This document shows, one piece after another, positions 9,677-17,880 of a DNA stretch of 34,227 nucleotides. The notes beneath the pieces are model-generated. The model saw only the letters and a list, made by a program, of their open reading frames with translations. It was not told the DNA's origin and did no database searches. Made by a program: the position numbers and the translations under genes. Positions within the stretch are counted from its first letter, which is position 1. Every line of letters begins with the position of its first letter. The stretch comes from Parcubacteria group bacterium (GTDB lineage: Bacteria; Patescibacteriota; Patescibacteriia; UBA9934; GWF2-40-263): the NCBI GenBank assembly GCA_013204395.1, contig JABMNZ010000010.1:1-34227 (forward strand). The letters are read 5' to 3'.

Positions 9677-10489
9677 TCAGAGTGAGAGCAACTTGTTGCC
9701 GAAGCGCTCTGCTGTCTTGAGGTACTCCAAGTGGAACTTCTTGCCGATCCTTGCGAACGGGAAGGAGAAGGACACGCTATCCATCTCGATGGTTTGCTCG
9801 CATCCCTGGAGGAATTCTCGGTGAGCTCCGATGTCGTAGAAGTCAGACTCTCGCATCCAAGCCTCGACCATCTTGAAGGATGGAATACCGAAGCCGCCGT
9901 CAGTCTGGATAATGCTCTCAGTCCAGAGTGTCACCCAAAGCTTGTTCTGAGCGTCGTAGTTGGTGATCTGCTCTTCACAGAAGTCGCTGGGTGCGTGTTC
10001 TCCGTTGACGATCTGCCATCGCCTCCACCGGGCGTAGTGCTCGATGTTGCCGGGCATGATGCGATCGTTCTGCCGTGGGTCCTTCAGAATCCTGTCGGCC
10101 CAGATCTCGAAGTTGAAGGTCTGCTCGCGCAGTTCGGGGTGGATCAGGTAGACGAGAACTTCGGTGACGAAGCTTGCATCGAATTCCTGGCTGATCATCC
10201 GGGCGCGCCATTGGGACCAGGCGGGAGCTCGGAGGTCCTGTGATCGCGCTTGCTTCAGCAGCATCATGTGCCAGAGTTCGTGGAGGTACCAGAGGTCTCC
10301 GATGTAGGGATTCCACGAATAGTCACGGGTTGTGATCACGCCGAACATGGCCGTGAAGTGTCCCTTGAAGGGCTCTTCATCTGTCACATAAACGCGCGGA
10401 CAGGCTCTGCACACGCGCTGCACCAACGGAGAGTTGCGCATCAGGTCTGTCTGAAACAGGTTTCGTGAATCGACTTCTTGGATCTGCAT
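9677..10489 (-). CDS. HExxH-motif protein (putative zinc-dependent hydrolase/peptidase), 271 aa
   Basis: YLHELWHMML motif; start MQIQEV at 10489 with GGAGGA RBS (listed ORF extends to 10570 from an upstream Met without RBS). Confidence 0.6.
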   Translation of the reverse strand: MQIQEVDSRNLFQTDLMRNSPLVQRVCRACPRVYVTDEEPFKGHFTAMFGVITTRDYSWNPYIGDLWYLHELWHMMLLKQARSQDLRAPAWSQWRARMISQEFDASFVTEVLVYLIHPELREQTFNFEIWADRILKDPRQNDRIMPGNIEHYARWRRWQIVNGEHAPSDFCEEQITNYDAQNKLWVTLWTESIIQTDGGFGIPSFKMVEAWMRESDFYDIGAHREFLQGCEQTIEMDSVSFSFPFARIGKKFHLEYLKTAERFGNKLLSL

Positions 10490-10547
10490 TCGTTCCTCCA
10501 GTCCATGGAGTGGACAAGTCAAGATAGCGGAGAGTGGACTAAGTGTC

Positions 10548-10575
10548 AACCAAAAAGACCGCGTGGACAACGCGA
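10548..10575 (-). terminator. rlmN terminator; right boundary of island 1
   Basis: minus: gatcgcg-ttgtcca-cgcggtc + tttttgg just after rlmN stop (10584). Confidence 0.5.
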
Positions 10576-10583
10576 TCTTTGTG

Positions 10584-11624
10584 TTATTTAGTCTTATTAT
10601 TTTCTACAATCAATTGCCCGCAAGCCGCTGCGATATCATCTCCCATGGTGTGACGGATGGTCGTGACCACACCTTTCTCCTTTAGAATTTTTTGGAAGAG
10701 ATCTGTCGCAGATCCGGTTGAGCATTGGAACTCTACCCCCGTAAGGTTGTAGGGAATAAGGTTGACTCGCACGTTCCCGATTCTTTTTACAAAGTTTGCC
10801 AAGGTCCTGGCATGCTTCTCAGAATCATTCACATCCTTGAGCATCACATATTCAAAAGTGAGATGATGTCGACGGTTACCAAACTTCTTGAGATAGGCCT
10901 TTGCCCAGGCTTCTATCTTTGGAAGAAACTCGTCATAGGAAGTAGGGACGATCTCTTTACGCGTTGCCGGTATGGCACTGTGTAGTGAGACAGCCAAACG
11001 GATATGTGGCCAGTCATCATCTGTAAGAATTTGCTCTAGTCGAGGGAGGACGCCGACCGTTGAAACAGTAATGCGTGTGCGTCCAATGTCTGTGTGTTTC
11101 AAAATAGCATTAAGAGATTCTTTTACGGCACCGTAGTTTGCCAGTGGCTCACCCATACCCATGAAGACGATGTTACTAATTCGTCCTTCTAATTCTGGAC
11201 GCTCATCCAAGTATCTTTGCCAGAAGCGATATTGATCAATGATCTCGTCGGCAGTAAGGCTTCGGCTTAGGCCCATCTTTCCAGTTGCACAGAAACCGCA
11301 GCGCATGGCACAACCGATTTGTGATGATACACAGATGGTCCATGCTTCACGTTTGTTTTTCATCAGGACAGATTCGATCTCCTTATCGCCCTCAACTTTT
11401 AAGATGACTTTGTGTGTGTCGCCATTACCGCTTTTCAAAATATTTTCTGGTTCAACCGTTGAGAAGGGGATACTGGAGATTTTCTCTCTAATTTCTTTTG
11501 AAAGAGAGGTGAGATCCTCCCAAGATTCAGCGGTCGAAAAAAGACCCTGTTCAATTTGTTTCCAACGGAAAGCTGGCTGGTCAGGAAAGAGTGTTTCAAA
11601 TTGTTCGCGTCGTGACTTAATCAT
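10584..11624 (-). CDS. rlmN: 23S rRNA/tRNA (adenine-C2)-methyltransferase, radical SAM
   Basis: CAMRCGFCATG CxxxCxxC motif, ...GMGEPLAN..., full-length similarity to RlmN; ATG at 11624 (listed ORF starts at TTG 11633). Confidence 0.9.
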   Translation of the reverse strand: MIKSRREQFETLFPDQPAFRWKQIEQGLFSTAESWEDLTSLSKEIREKISSIPFSTVEPENILKSGNGDTHKVILKVEGDKEIESVLMKNKREAWTICVSSQIGCAMRCGFCATGKMGLSRSLTADEIIDQYRFWQRYLDERPELEGRISNIVFMGMGEPLANYGAVKESLNAILKHTDIGRTRITVSTVGVLPRLEQILTDDDWPHIRLAVSLHSAIPATRKEIVPTSYDEFLPKIEAWAKAYLKKFGNRRHHLTFEYVMLKDVNDSEKHARTLANFVKRIGNVRVNLIPYNLTGVEFQCSTGSATDLFQKILKEKGVVTTIRHTMGDDIAAACGQLIVENNKTK

Positions 11625-11667
11625 ACAAACCAATAGGCGAGAGCAAATGCTCTCGCCCAGGTAAATG

Positions 11668-12171
11668 TTATTTTGCAGCTTCTTCCCCGGCGGAGCCGGG
11701 TCCGGCTTCGCCGGAAGCCTCTGCTTCTTCTGCAGGTGCTTCTACCTCTTCTGCAGGTGCTTCCTCTACAACAGGCTTTTCGAGTTCAGCTTTTGCCGCC
11801 TCAGCAGCAGCAGCCTTCTCTTCCTCTGCCTTAGCCTTCTTTTCTTCTTCCTTCTCCTTTGCTTCTACCACCTTCTGTTCCAACTTACCTTTTCGTTTTT
11901 TGGTTAAGTGGGTGGCTGTACGCTTTTCTCCCTCAATAACCTTTTGGTCAACAAGGAGGTTCCACACACTGTCAGATGGCTGCGCACCTTGCTTGATCCA
12001 GTACTTTACGCGATCAGCATTGATGACAACTTCTTTTGGTGTTGAACGTGGGTTGTAGTGGCCAAGAATTTCGTTTGAGTTGGCCCATGGGTCACGATGC
12101 TTAGGCATAACCACAATGCGGAATACCGGTCGCTTCTTTGATCCCACACGTGAGAATCGAATTGAGAGCAT
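11668..12171 (-). CDS. rpsP: 30S ribosomal protein S16 with long A/E/K-rich C-terminal extension
   Basis: MLSIRFSRVGSKKRPVFRIVV...NRVKYWIKQGAQPS; C-terminal ~80 aa low-complexity AEK-rich. Confidence 0.9.
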   Translation of the reverse strand: MLSIRFSRVGSKKRPVFRIVVMPKHRDPWANSNEILGHYNPRSTPKEVVINADRVKYWIKQGAQPSDSVWNLLVDQKVIEGEKRTATHLTKKRKGKLEQKVVEAKEKEEEKKAKAEEEKAAAAEAAKAELEKPVVEEAPAEEVEAPAEEAEASGEAGPGSAGEEAAK

Positions 12172-12210
12172 AATAAATTGATGTTTTTTGTCTTAAGTGA
12201 GCGCTTAGAC

Positions 12211-12239
12211 AGTGCCGGCAGTATAAAAGGGAAGCGGAT
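12211..12239 (-). promoter_or_regulatory. sigma70-like promoter for rpsP (TTGACT-17-TATACT)
   Basis: minus strand TTGACT (revcomp 12234-12239), 17-nt spacer, TATACT (revcomp 12211-12216), ~40 nt upstream of rpsP ATG. Confidence 0.55.
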
Positions 12240-12348
12240 CCAAGTCAATGAGTAGTGTCCAACAATTGCGTTATTTATTATGTTTAGATCAGCTGACACG
12301 TACAAGAAAAGTGACTAAAATTAGTGCAGAATCCGTCAGTTAGTCTTG

Positions 12349-12528
12349 ACAAAAGTGGCAAAAAGTGGTAGTATGACCACGCAATATGAGAGTAGGTAAG
12401 AGGACCTAACTCGATCAATACAATCAAATATTCTCTGGGGAGAGAGTACAAATAAAGCCTAGATTTTAGATCTAGAGCCGATTGTTGTGTATTTCTTTCC
12501 AGAAGTAACCACCAATCGGCTTTTTTGT
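12349..12528 (+). ncRNA. candidate small RNA unit: promoter TTGACA-17-TAGTAT then ~140-nt hairpin-rich transcript ending in intrinsic terminator
   Basis: TTGACA at 12349; terminator gccgattg...caatcggc + tttttt at ~12480-12528; no ORF; internal hairpins tctctggggagaga, ctagat..atctag. Confidence 0.35.
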
Positions 12529-12598
12529 TCGCTAGGCATGGACTGAAGATTTCGTCTTCAGTCTTGTCCTAACGAGCATATACCTGGAGGTACCGCTC

Positions 12599-12832
12599 AT
12601 GTCCCGTTTTGCCATCATCCTGTCTCTCATCGTCGCAACGATCACCGCCACCACCGTCAACTCGTCCCTCGACCAGCTCCACGAGCAGTTCCAGGCCACG
12701 GAGCTGACCTTTCACCCCGTCAGCGTGACCATTCAGGTCGAGTCATCGGACGAGACCACGGTCACCTACGACGACGCTGACAACGGCGTCACCGAGATCG
12801 ACTTCCACCAGCCCTTGTTCATCGAGGGCTGA
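12599..12832 (+). CDS. small secreted/anchored acidic protein (77 aa), first gene of high-GC island 2
   Basis: GGAGG RBS; N-terminal hydrophobic MSRFAIILSLIVATITATTV; GC3 ~85%. Confidence 0.55.
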   Translation: MSRFAIILSLIVATITATTVNSSLDQLHEQFQATELTFHPVSVTIQVESSDETTVTYDDADNGVTEIDFHQPLFIEG

Positions 12833-12875
12833 TCAAACCGGACCGCAAGGTCCACACGGAGCCCCCGGCTAACGC

Positions 12876-12932
12876 AAGCCGAGCCTGCCCGCCATCGCCC
12901 TGATGTCAGCTTTGCTGACTGATGGGCGACGG
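12876..12932 (+). repeat. long imperfect inverted repeat (structured element after 12599 gene)
   Basis: gcccgccatcgccctgatgtcagc-ttt-gctgactgatgggcgacggtgggc. Confidence 0.5.
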
Positions 12933-13355
12933 TGGGCTCTCCAACTGAGTTTCTGAGTTTACTCGGAAACTCCGCGGGGAGTCACATGACTCTGGTCATT
13001 ACAACTGAATACTTCCAAGGCTCACAACGATGTTGTGCATCTTGGAAGGCTGGTGAGTGTGATTCCTATCATCGCTCGCCAGCCCGTTCTTTCCATGAAT
13101 CCGGAAGAAGATACTTTGTCCTTCGTGGTGGCCCCAGAGGGGAGCCTGCCAAGGGGGAGAGAGACAACCGTCCAGTTCGACCGCTATGCGGAAGTCTGGC
13201 GGTGAAGATCAAATGGTTTGACTAGGCTCCGGCTTGCTCACTCCATACTCAGATCTTCTCGCATGACACTCAGCTTGCTGAGTCACTCACGCATTTCTTC
13301 TCCGGATTCTTGGAAAGAATACAAGACCGACGAAACCTTCCCACAAGACAGGAAA

Positions 13356-13625
13356 ATGATTTTGAACAAGTTAACTCGAATGATCGGTTCCAAGGCAGGT
13401 TTCTGCCTCACGGGGATGACGTTTCTTACATTCATGATGGCGACCCATCCGTTCGATACGTGCTACACCCTGAGCTTCGATCACATCGAGCACGTCGGGA
13501 AGTACCTGATCCAGAACTACGTCACCAGCCGCCTGATCCTTCTCATTGGCCTGGGGGTTACGTTCGTGCTCGGTGCACGCATTTACTTCTCTGTTGAGAA
13601 GCTTAGTGACTGGTGGAAAAACTGA
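13356..13625 (+). CDS. small membrane protein, 2 TM (89 aa)
   Basis: start MILNKL within ORF 13218..13625; TM segments FCLTGMTFLTFMMA and LILLIGLGVTFVLGARIYF; high GC3. Confidence 0.55.
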   Translation: MILNKLTRMIGSKAGFCLTGMTFLTFMMATHPFDTCYTLSFDHIEHVGKYLIQNYVTSRLILLIGLGVTFVLGARIYFSVEKLSDWWKN

Positions 13626-13668
13626 GCGTAGAGAAGAAGAGTCTACTGCTAATTGCTGAACCTGCTGA

Positions 13669-13863
13669 ATGCTGGAGCTGAACATGCTGCTGAACATGCT
13701 GAAGACCCTGGGTCACGTCCTCGTGATCCTTCTCATTCTCACCCCCTGCGCGGTCATGCCGTACTTCACCTTGGATGGAGACATTAACCTCCTGTCCATG
13801 GTGGTCTGCATGGCATCGCTTTCTCGTACTGTCTCTGGGCCTTCAGCGAGAAGCTGGGCCTGA
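13669..13863 (+). CDS. small hydrophobic peptide (64 aa); 3' end uncertain, GC3 suggests frame continues in +2 frame to 13886
   Basis: MLELNMLLNMLKTLGHVLVILLILTPCAV...; begins in tandem 12-nt repeats. Confidence 0.3.
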   Translation: MLELNMLLNMLKTLGHVLVILLILTPCAVMPYFTLDGDINLLSMVVCMASLSRTVSGPSARSWA

Positions 13864-13916
13864 AGTGGGAGCACATCAACTTCTAGCTCGCAGAGGAGAA
13901 CGTCCTCAACAGCGGG

Positions 13917-13985
13917 CTCCTCAACTGAGAGGTCGACCACGTAAAACCCTTTGGGTCACGTGACAAGTCGAAACTTCAGTTGGGG
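13917..13985 (+). repeat. attC-like imperfect palindrome (CTCAAC-TGAGA ... CTTCA-GTTGGGG)
   Basis: outer arms ctcaactgaga / cttcagttggg with nested hairpins cacgtaa..tcacgtg and accc-ttt-gggt. Confidence 0.5.
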
Positions 13986-14049
13986 AAAACGATTCGACAA
14001 AATTCGCAGGCGTCGTCCTGCAATCCCATAACATGGGAGAAAGGTTCAC

Positions 14050-14256
14050 ATGAACCAGTTCTACACCGTCGGTACTGATTTCTGGTACCTCATGTTGGCC
14101 GCGTACCTGGGATGGTTCCTCATCGTGCGCGAGGCTCGTCTCGTGCGTGAAGGTGGTCTGCGGCGGGAGGCTCTCGTCCTCTTCTGCATGCTCGCGGCCA
14201 CCACAGCCGTCACCTGTTTCATGGGTGACGTGGTCTGCTGGGTGTTCAACACCTAG
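14050..14256 (+). CDS. small membrane protein, 2 TM (68 aa)
   Basis: GGGAGAAAGG RBS; MNQFYTVGTDFWYLMLAAYLGWFLIV... Confidence 0.5.
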   Translation: MNQFYTVGTDFWYLMLAAYLGWFLIVREARLVREGGLRREALVLFCMLAATTAVTCFMGDVVCWVFNT

Positions 14257-14272
14257 GGACCACATACAAACC

Positions 14273-14410
14273 CCCACCAGGAATCCGCCTGGTGGGTACG
14301 ATCGAGCTAAACTTGCCTACCGGCAGGCATGCTCGACACGCCTCAAGCAAACGCAAAGCTTGAGGACCGAACTGAGAGGTTGATTGCAATAATCGAAACT
14401 TCAGTTGGGG
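14273..14410 (+). repeat. repeat family C copy 1: two hairpins (ccaccagg..cctggtgg; cctcaagc..gcttgagg) + attC-like palindrome ending GTTGGGG
   Basis: near-identical to 17785-17880 apart from a 42-nt insert. Confidence 0.7.
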
Positions 14411-15407
14411 ATCTAGATATTTTTCCTCTCGTAGAATCTCTTTCAACTAGAAAGCGTCTCCCTGCCGGCGCGAAACCCTATTAGGCAGGGGGGTCTAGCC
14501 ACCTAGACTTTTATCATCGATTCCAAGCTCGTGGTGGTGCGAGTGTACAGGAGGGCCAATGCCCAAGAGATAGAGGGAAGCATCTGGAGGTCTTTGACCA
14601 AGTTATCGACCAGGTGTGGATCATACAGGTAACCCGGCGTACTATGCGTGGATTTTTTAAGCGGAGAGTGGGGAACGGAAAGGAGCTAGAAACTCTGAGT
14701 ACAAGTACGAAGCAATCCCGTTTAATTATCCCTCCGGAATCTCCGGAACGTCGGTGAGCAGCAATGCTCTAAAGGGTCGCGCTAAAGCATGGGAGCCATT
14801 TGATTGATAGGGCTCTAAGGTCTGGCAAACCAATTCGATCAAAAAGGTCTTCTGACTTAGACCTCCTGACTCGTCAGGTTAAATGAAGTCTCCTCTTGCA
14901 CGTGGAGGTCAATGTGCACTGTGGTCGGCTGAGCCAACTCGTCTGGATGGGTTGCGCCCATATCCCGTTGTCCGAATACGTAAACGGTCGACTTGCTGCA
15001 CAGCATCCGTCTAGGGTCCTGTGTGAGTGAGCAACAAGTATCGGTGACCCTTGCTAAACGTCATCATTGAAAAAGGAGAGGTCGCGTGACCTTCCCCCTG
15101 CTGTTCTACGAGTCTTGATGTCGCGTCTCCCAGTGGCTCGCGCCAAAAAGCACTGGAGGGTGAGTCGCTGCATCCAAACGTCAGCGTCTGAGGCCCCGGA
15201 AAGCTCGTCATGAGCGACCGGGGTCTCGAACGATCCCGGTCGCCATGCACGTTGCCGACCGGGTCCTCAACAGAGAAATTGATCCAGGTGATGGATGTCT
15301 CTGTTGAGGGCACGAGGCCCTACCTTGAGACTCTGCACATTTGGTTATGTGTGGATCGAAAGCGGTGTCATATTTCAGAATTCGAGAATATTTGAACCGG
15401 AGGAACG

Positions 15408-15746
15408 ATGTCTGAATTGACCGGAGCCTATTACGTCGCGTTGCTCGTCGACCGACGAGTGGTGAACGCGAAGGTAGCCATCATCGATGGTGATCGCACC
15501 AAGGTCGAAATCGGCGGGATGACGCTGTGCCTGGACTTCATCAGTGAGGGTCATGTTGGGGTCATCCGTGAGCCGTACGACATCAGCGACTACTTCGGAA
15601 CCGTTGTGGCCAACCAGGAGCCCACACGCTTCTCTCGTGGAGTCGTGGTCGGGTTCTACCCCGGCGAATCCGGACAGGAACTCGCTCAGTGGTGGTCCGA
15701 GAGCATCGGGTCCATGAACCTGATTCTGGATGCCGACGGCTTCTAG
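15408..15746 (+). CDS. hypothetical protein (112 aa)
   Basis: GGAGGAACG RBS; high GC3; no recognisable motif. Confidence 0.6.
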   Translation: MSELTGAYYVALLVDRRVVNAKVAIIDGDRTKVEIGGMTLCLDFISEGHVGVIREPYDISDYFGTVVANQEPTRFSRGVVVGFYPGESGQELAQWWSESIGSMNLILDADGF

Positions 15747-15915
15747 AGATCACAAAACGTGTCACCCGGGTCCGGAGCTGCCCCACTCCTTCTGGAGAAA
15801 ATCAGCGATCCCTACTGGTGCAGGTGAACCTTTAAGTCAAGATCTCTGTGACGTGGATACGCCACCGCACAGAGAGCCACATTTCGTGGCACGGTCTCGA
15901 GTTCTGACACGACTC

Positions 15916-15961
15916 GAGATTCCAACGTAGATCTCAAGTTTCCTTGAGACCTGCGTTGGGG
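15916..15961 (+). repeat. repeat family A copy 1 (attC-like: CCAAC-GTAGA-TCTCAAG-tttc-CTTGAGA-CCTGC-GTTGGGG)
   Basis: 45-nt imperfect palindrome; second copy at 16383-16427. Confidence 0.7.
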
Positions 15962-15966
15962 AAAAC

Positions 15967-15990
15967 AAAACAACCCCTTATGGGGTTGTG
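15967..15990 (-). terminator. terminator of the low-GC coiled-coil gene
   Basis: minus: caaccccataaggggttg + ttttgtttt. Confidence 0.6.
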
Positions 15991-16001
15991 GAGTCGGTCT
16001 G

Positions 16002-16337
16002 CTAAAAGTCGAGTTGAATATTGGCATGTTTTGCCAGCAGGAGCACATGCGATTCAAGCCTTTCGTATTTGGCTCGCAAGGCGGCCAGTTCTGTGTCGAG
16101 TTTTTGATGAAGGATTATAATCCCATCTACATGAGTGATAATATCGGATTTTACCTCCGTCAGCTTCTCATCAACGGTATGCTTGAAATCATGTAAGTCA
16201 GAGCGAACCTGAGTAACTTCATCACGAACCTGAGTAACTTCATCACGAACCTCACCTAGCTCATGGCTGGTTGCAGCAGTTTCCTTGATGAACTGAACGG
16301 TCTCAAGGATATCTTTAATCATTTCTTCTTGTCCCAT
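16002..16337 (-). CDS. coiled-coil protein (111 aa) with in-frame 21-nt tandem repeat (VRDEVTQ x2); low-GC module inside island 2
   Basis: GC ~42%; own promoter TTGAGC-17-TATGAT (16346-16374, minus) ending 8 nt before ATG (leaderless-like); own terminator. Confidence 0.6.
   Translation of the reverse strand: MGQEEMIKDILETVQFIKETAATSHELGEVRDEVTQVRDEVTQVRSDLHDFKHTVDEKLTEVKSDIITHVDGIIILHQKLDTELAALRAKYERLESHVLLLAKHANIQLDF
16204..16256. repeat. 21-nt tandem direct repeat x2.5 inside coding sequence
   Basis: cgaacctgagtaacttcatca repeated at 16204-16224 and 16225-16245, partial third copy. Confidence 0.8.
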
Positions 16338-16382
16338 ACTCAGAAATCATAGCACGGAGTCGTTCTCTGCTCAATTATCATT

Positions 16383-16427
16383 GAGATTCCAACGTTGAGC
16401 TCAAGTTTCCTTGAGACCTGCGTTGGG
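16383..16427 (+). repeat. repeat family A copy 2
   Basis: gagattccaacgttgagctcaagtttccttgagacctgcgttggga; 2 substitutions vs copy 1. Confidence 0.7.
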
Positions 16428-16499
16428 AAACCACACAGGAAACCCAAACCAAACTGAAACCGTGAGCTTAGGCTCACACCACCAGCCCTTAGGAGAAAC

Positions 16500-16661
16500 A
16501 TGCTGCTTTTCATTCGATGGATCCTTGGCTTGGAAGAGCCCGAGACCTACAACTGGGATGAATTGATGGCCGCGGCGAGAGCAAAGGGTCCGGTGAATCC
16601 GGTCACCCATTGCTACTGCGAGCCACACCCCGATTGGGGTGACTCCTGTCAGTGTGACTGA
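16500..16661 (+). CDS. Cys-rich small peptide P1 (53 aa)
   Basis: AGGAGA RBS; MLLFIRWILGLEEPETYNWDELMAAARAKGPVNPVTHCYCEPHPDWGDSCQCD; paralog of P2. Confidence 0.5.
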   Translation: MLLFIRWILGLEEPETYNWDELMAAARAKGPVNPVTHCYCEPHPDWGDSCQCD

Positions 16662-16677
16662 GCCACGCGCTCGCCAT

Positions 16678-16783
16678 GAGGACGCTCCTCATCGCGCGCC
16701 TGCCGCGTAACAGGTACCCTGAGGGTCTCGTTTTACGCGGCTCCTCAACGTAGAAGTTGATTCATTCGACACTTACGTTGAGG
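16678..16783 (+). repeat. repeat family B copy 1 (80-nt structured element + attC-like palindrome cctcaacgtagaag..cttacgttgagg)
   Basis: gaggacgctcctc, ccgcgtaa..ttacgcgg with inner accctgagggt; copy 2 at 16999-17107. Confidence 0.7.
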
Positions 16784-16807
16784 ATCCATAATTTATCAGG
16801 AGATTCC

Positions 16808-16972
16808 GTGACTAAGTTCATTGTTTGGCTATTGGCCTTAATCGATGGTCCAGCGCCGATGCCAGAAATGCTGCGTGATCGCCCGAAGGGCAGGAACCGC
16901 ATCTACCCAGAGACGGGGTGCACCTGCGCCCCTGAAATTGAGTGGCAGGATTCCTGTCACCATCATCACTGA
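16808..16972 (+). CDS. Cys-rich small peptide P2 (54 aa, GTG start)
   Basis: AGGAGATTCC-GTG; (M)TKFIVWLLALIDGPAPMPEMLRDRPKGRNRIYPETGCTCAPEIEWQDSCHHHH; shares FIxWxLxL N-term and C.C.P...W.DSC core with P1. Confidence 0.5.
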   Translation: MTKFIVWLLALIDGPAPMPEMLRDRPKGRNRIYPETGCTCAPEIEWQDSCHHHH

Positions 16973-16998
16973 GTCAGCCCAGCTCGTAAGCCCGCACC

Positions 16999-17107
16999 GA
17001 GGACGCTCCTCATCGCGGGCACGCCGCGTGACGAGTACCCTGAGGGTCTCGTTTTACGCGGCTCCTCAACTGAGAGGTTGATTGCTACAATCGAAATCTC
17101 AGTTGAG
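16999..17107 (+). repeat. repeat family B copy 2 + attC-like palindrome ctcaactgaga...tctcagttgag ending GTTGAGT
   Basis: perfect 11-bp arms around ggttgattgctacaatcgaaa. Confidence 0.7.
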
Positions 17108-17135
17108 TGACGCTTTGTCACTAAGGAAGGTGAGT

Positions 17136-17264
17136 GTGGAAAAGAGTTCGAAAGAGCAGGTGGACTGGTTTCAGGTGCTCGTGTGGATGGGGATTGTCCT
17201 GTTTGGTGTGAGTTTCTGGACGATTGTCTACTACGGGATCTGCAAGGTTGCAGACCTGCTTTGA
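17136..17264 (+). CDS. single-TM mini-protein (42 aa, GTG start)
   Basis: AAGGAAGG RBS; ...VDWFQVLVWMGIVLFGVSFWTIVYYGICK... Confidence 0.35.
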   Translation: MEKSSKEQVDWFQVLVWMGIVLFGVSFWTIVYYGICKVADLL

Positions 17265-17284
17265 TGAACAGAAGGAACGAGGTG

Positions 17285-17770
17285 ATGATGGACATTTATC
17301 GCGTACTAGGAAAACTCTCGTGGGGCATGAAGATGCTCTTCTCGGGAATCGTTCGTGTGATCGAGAAGCCGTCCGTCTGGCTTGTCGAAAACATCAAGGA
17401 GATGACCGGCTGCCGGACCTACCACGTGGAGAATTCCGCTGTGGCTCTGGTCCTGGTGATCGTTCTTCTGAGCACGGGAAACTGGAGTCACCCCTTCAAG
17501 TGGGTCGAGGCGCTTGCCGTGCTGATGACCTTCGGGCACGCCGGGATCGCCCAGCGACTCGAGGAGCAGCAGCGACAACAGTTGGACCTCCATGGGGAGG
17601 CGCAGGTACCGTGCTTCTACAAACTGGAGCCGATGTTCGTCGGCAAGGAGACCCTCTGGATGATCACGTTCGCCGTGGCAGGACTCTGGTCCGCACTCGC
17701 TGGCGTCTTTGTCTTCCTGATGTACTATCCCTGGCGGGAAGCCTGGCGACACCAGCATCCGCTCAGGTAG
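17285..17770 (+). CDS. hypothetical membrane protein (161 aa)
   Basis: start MMDIYRVL with AAGGAACGAGG RBS; TM segments AVALVLVIVLLSTG, MITFAVAGLWSALAGVFVFLMYY. Confidence 0.55.
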   Translation: MMDIYRVLGKLSWGMKMLFSGIVRVIEKPSVWLVENIKEMTGCRTYHVENSAVALVLVIVLLSTGNWSHPFKWVEALAVLMTFGHAGIAQRLEEQQRQQLDLHGEAQVPCFYKLEPMFVGKETLWMITFAVAGLWSALAGVFVFLMYYPWREAWRHQHPLR

Positions 17771-17784
17771 ATGCATCGTAAACT

Positions 17785-17880
17785 CCACCAGGAATAGGCC
17801 TGGTGGAAACGCCTCAAGCTAACGCAAAGCTTGAGGACCGAACTGAGAGGCCAAGAGAAATCTTGGAACCTCGGTTGGGA
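17785..17880 (+). repeat. repeat family C copy 2
   Basis: ccaccaggaataggcctggtgg...cctcaagctaacgcaaagcttgagg accgaactgagagg...cggttggga. Confidence 0.7.

Noticed and set aside
1326-12171. Interpreting KH-trmD (plus) versus rpsP (minus) as a simple island-mediated inversion of the rpsP-KH-rimM-trmD operon
   Set aside because: The orientations and the intervening rlmN do not reconcile with a single inversion, and no rimM/rplS is in the window. There is too little evidence.
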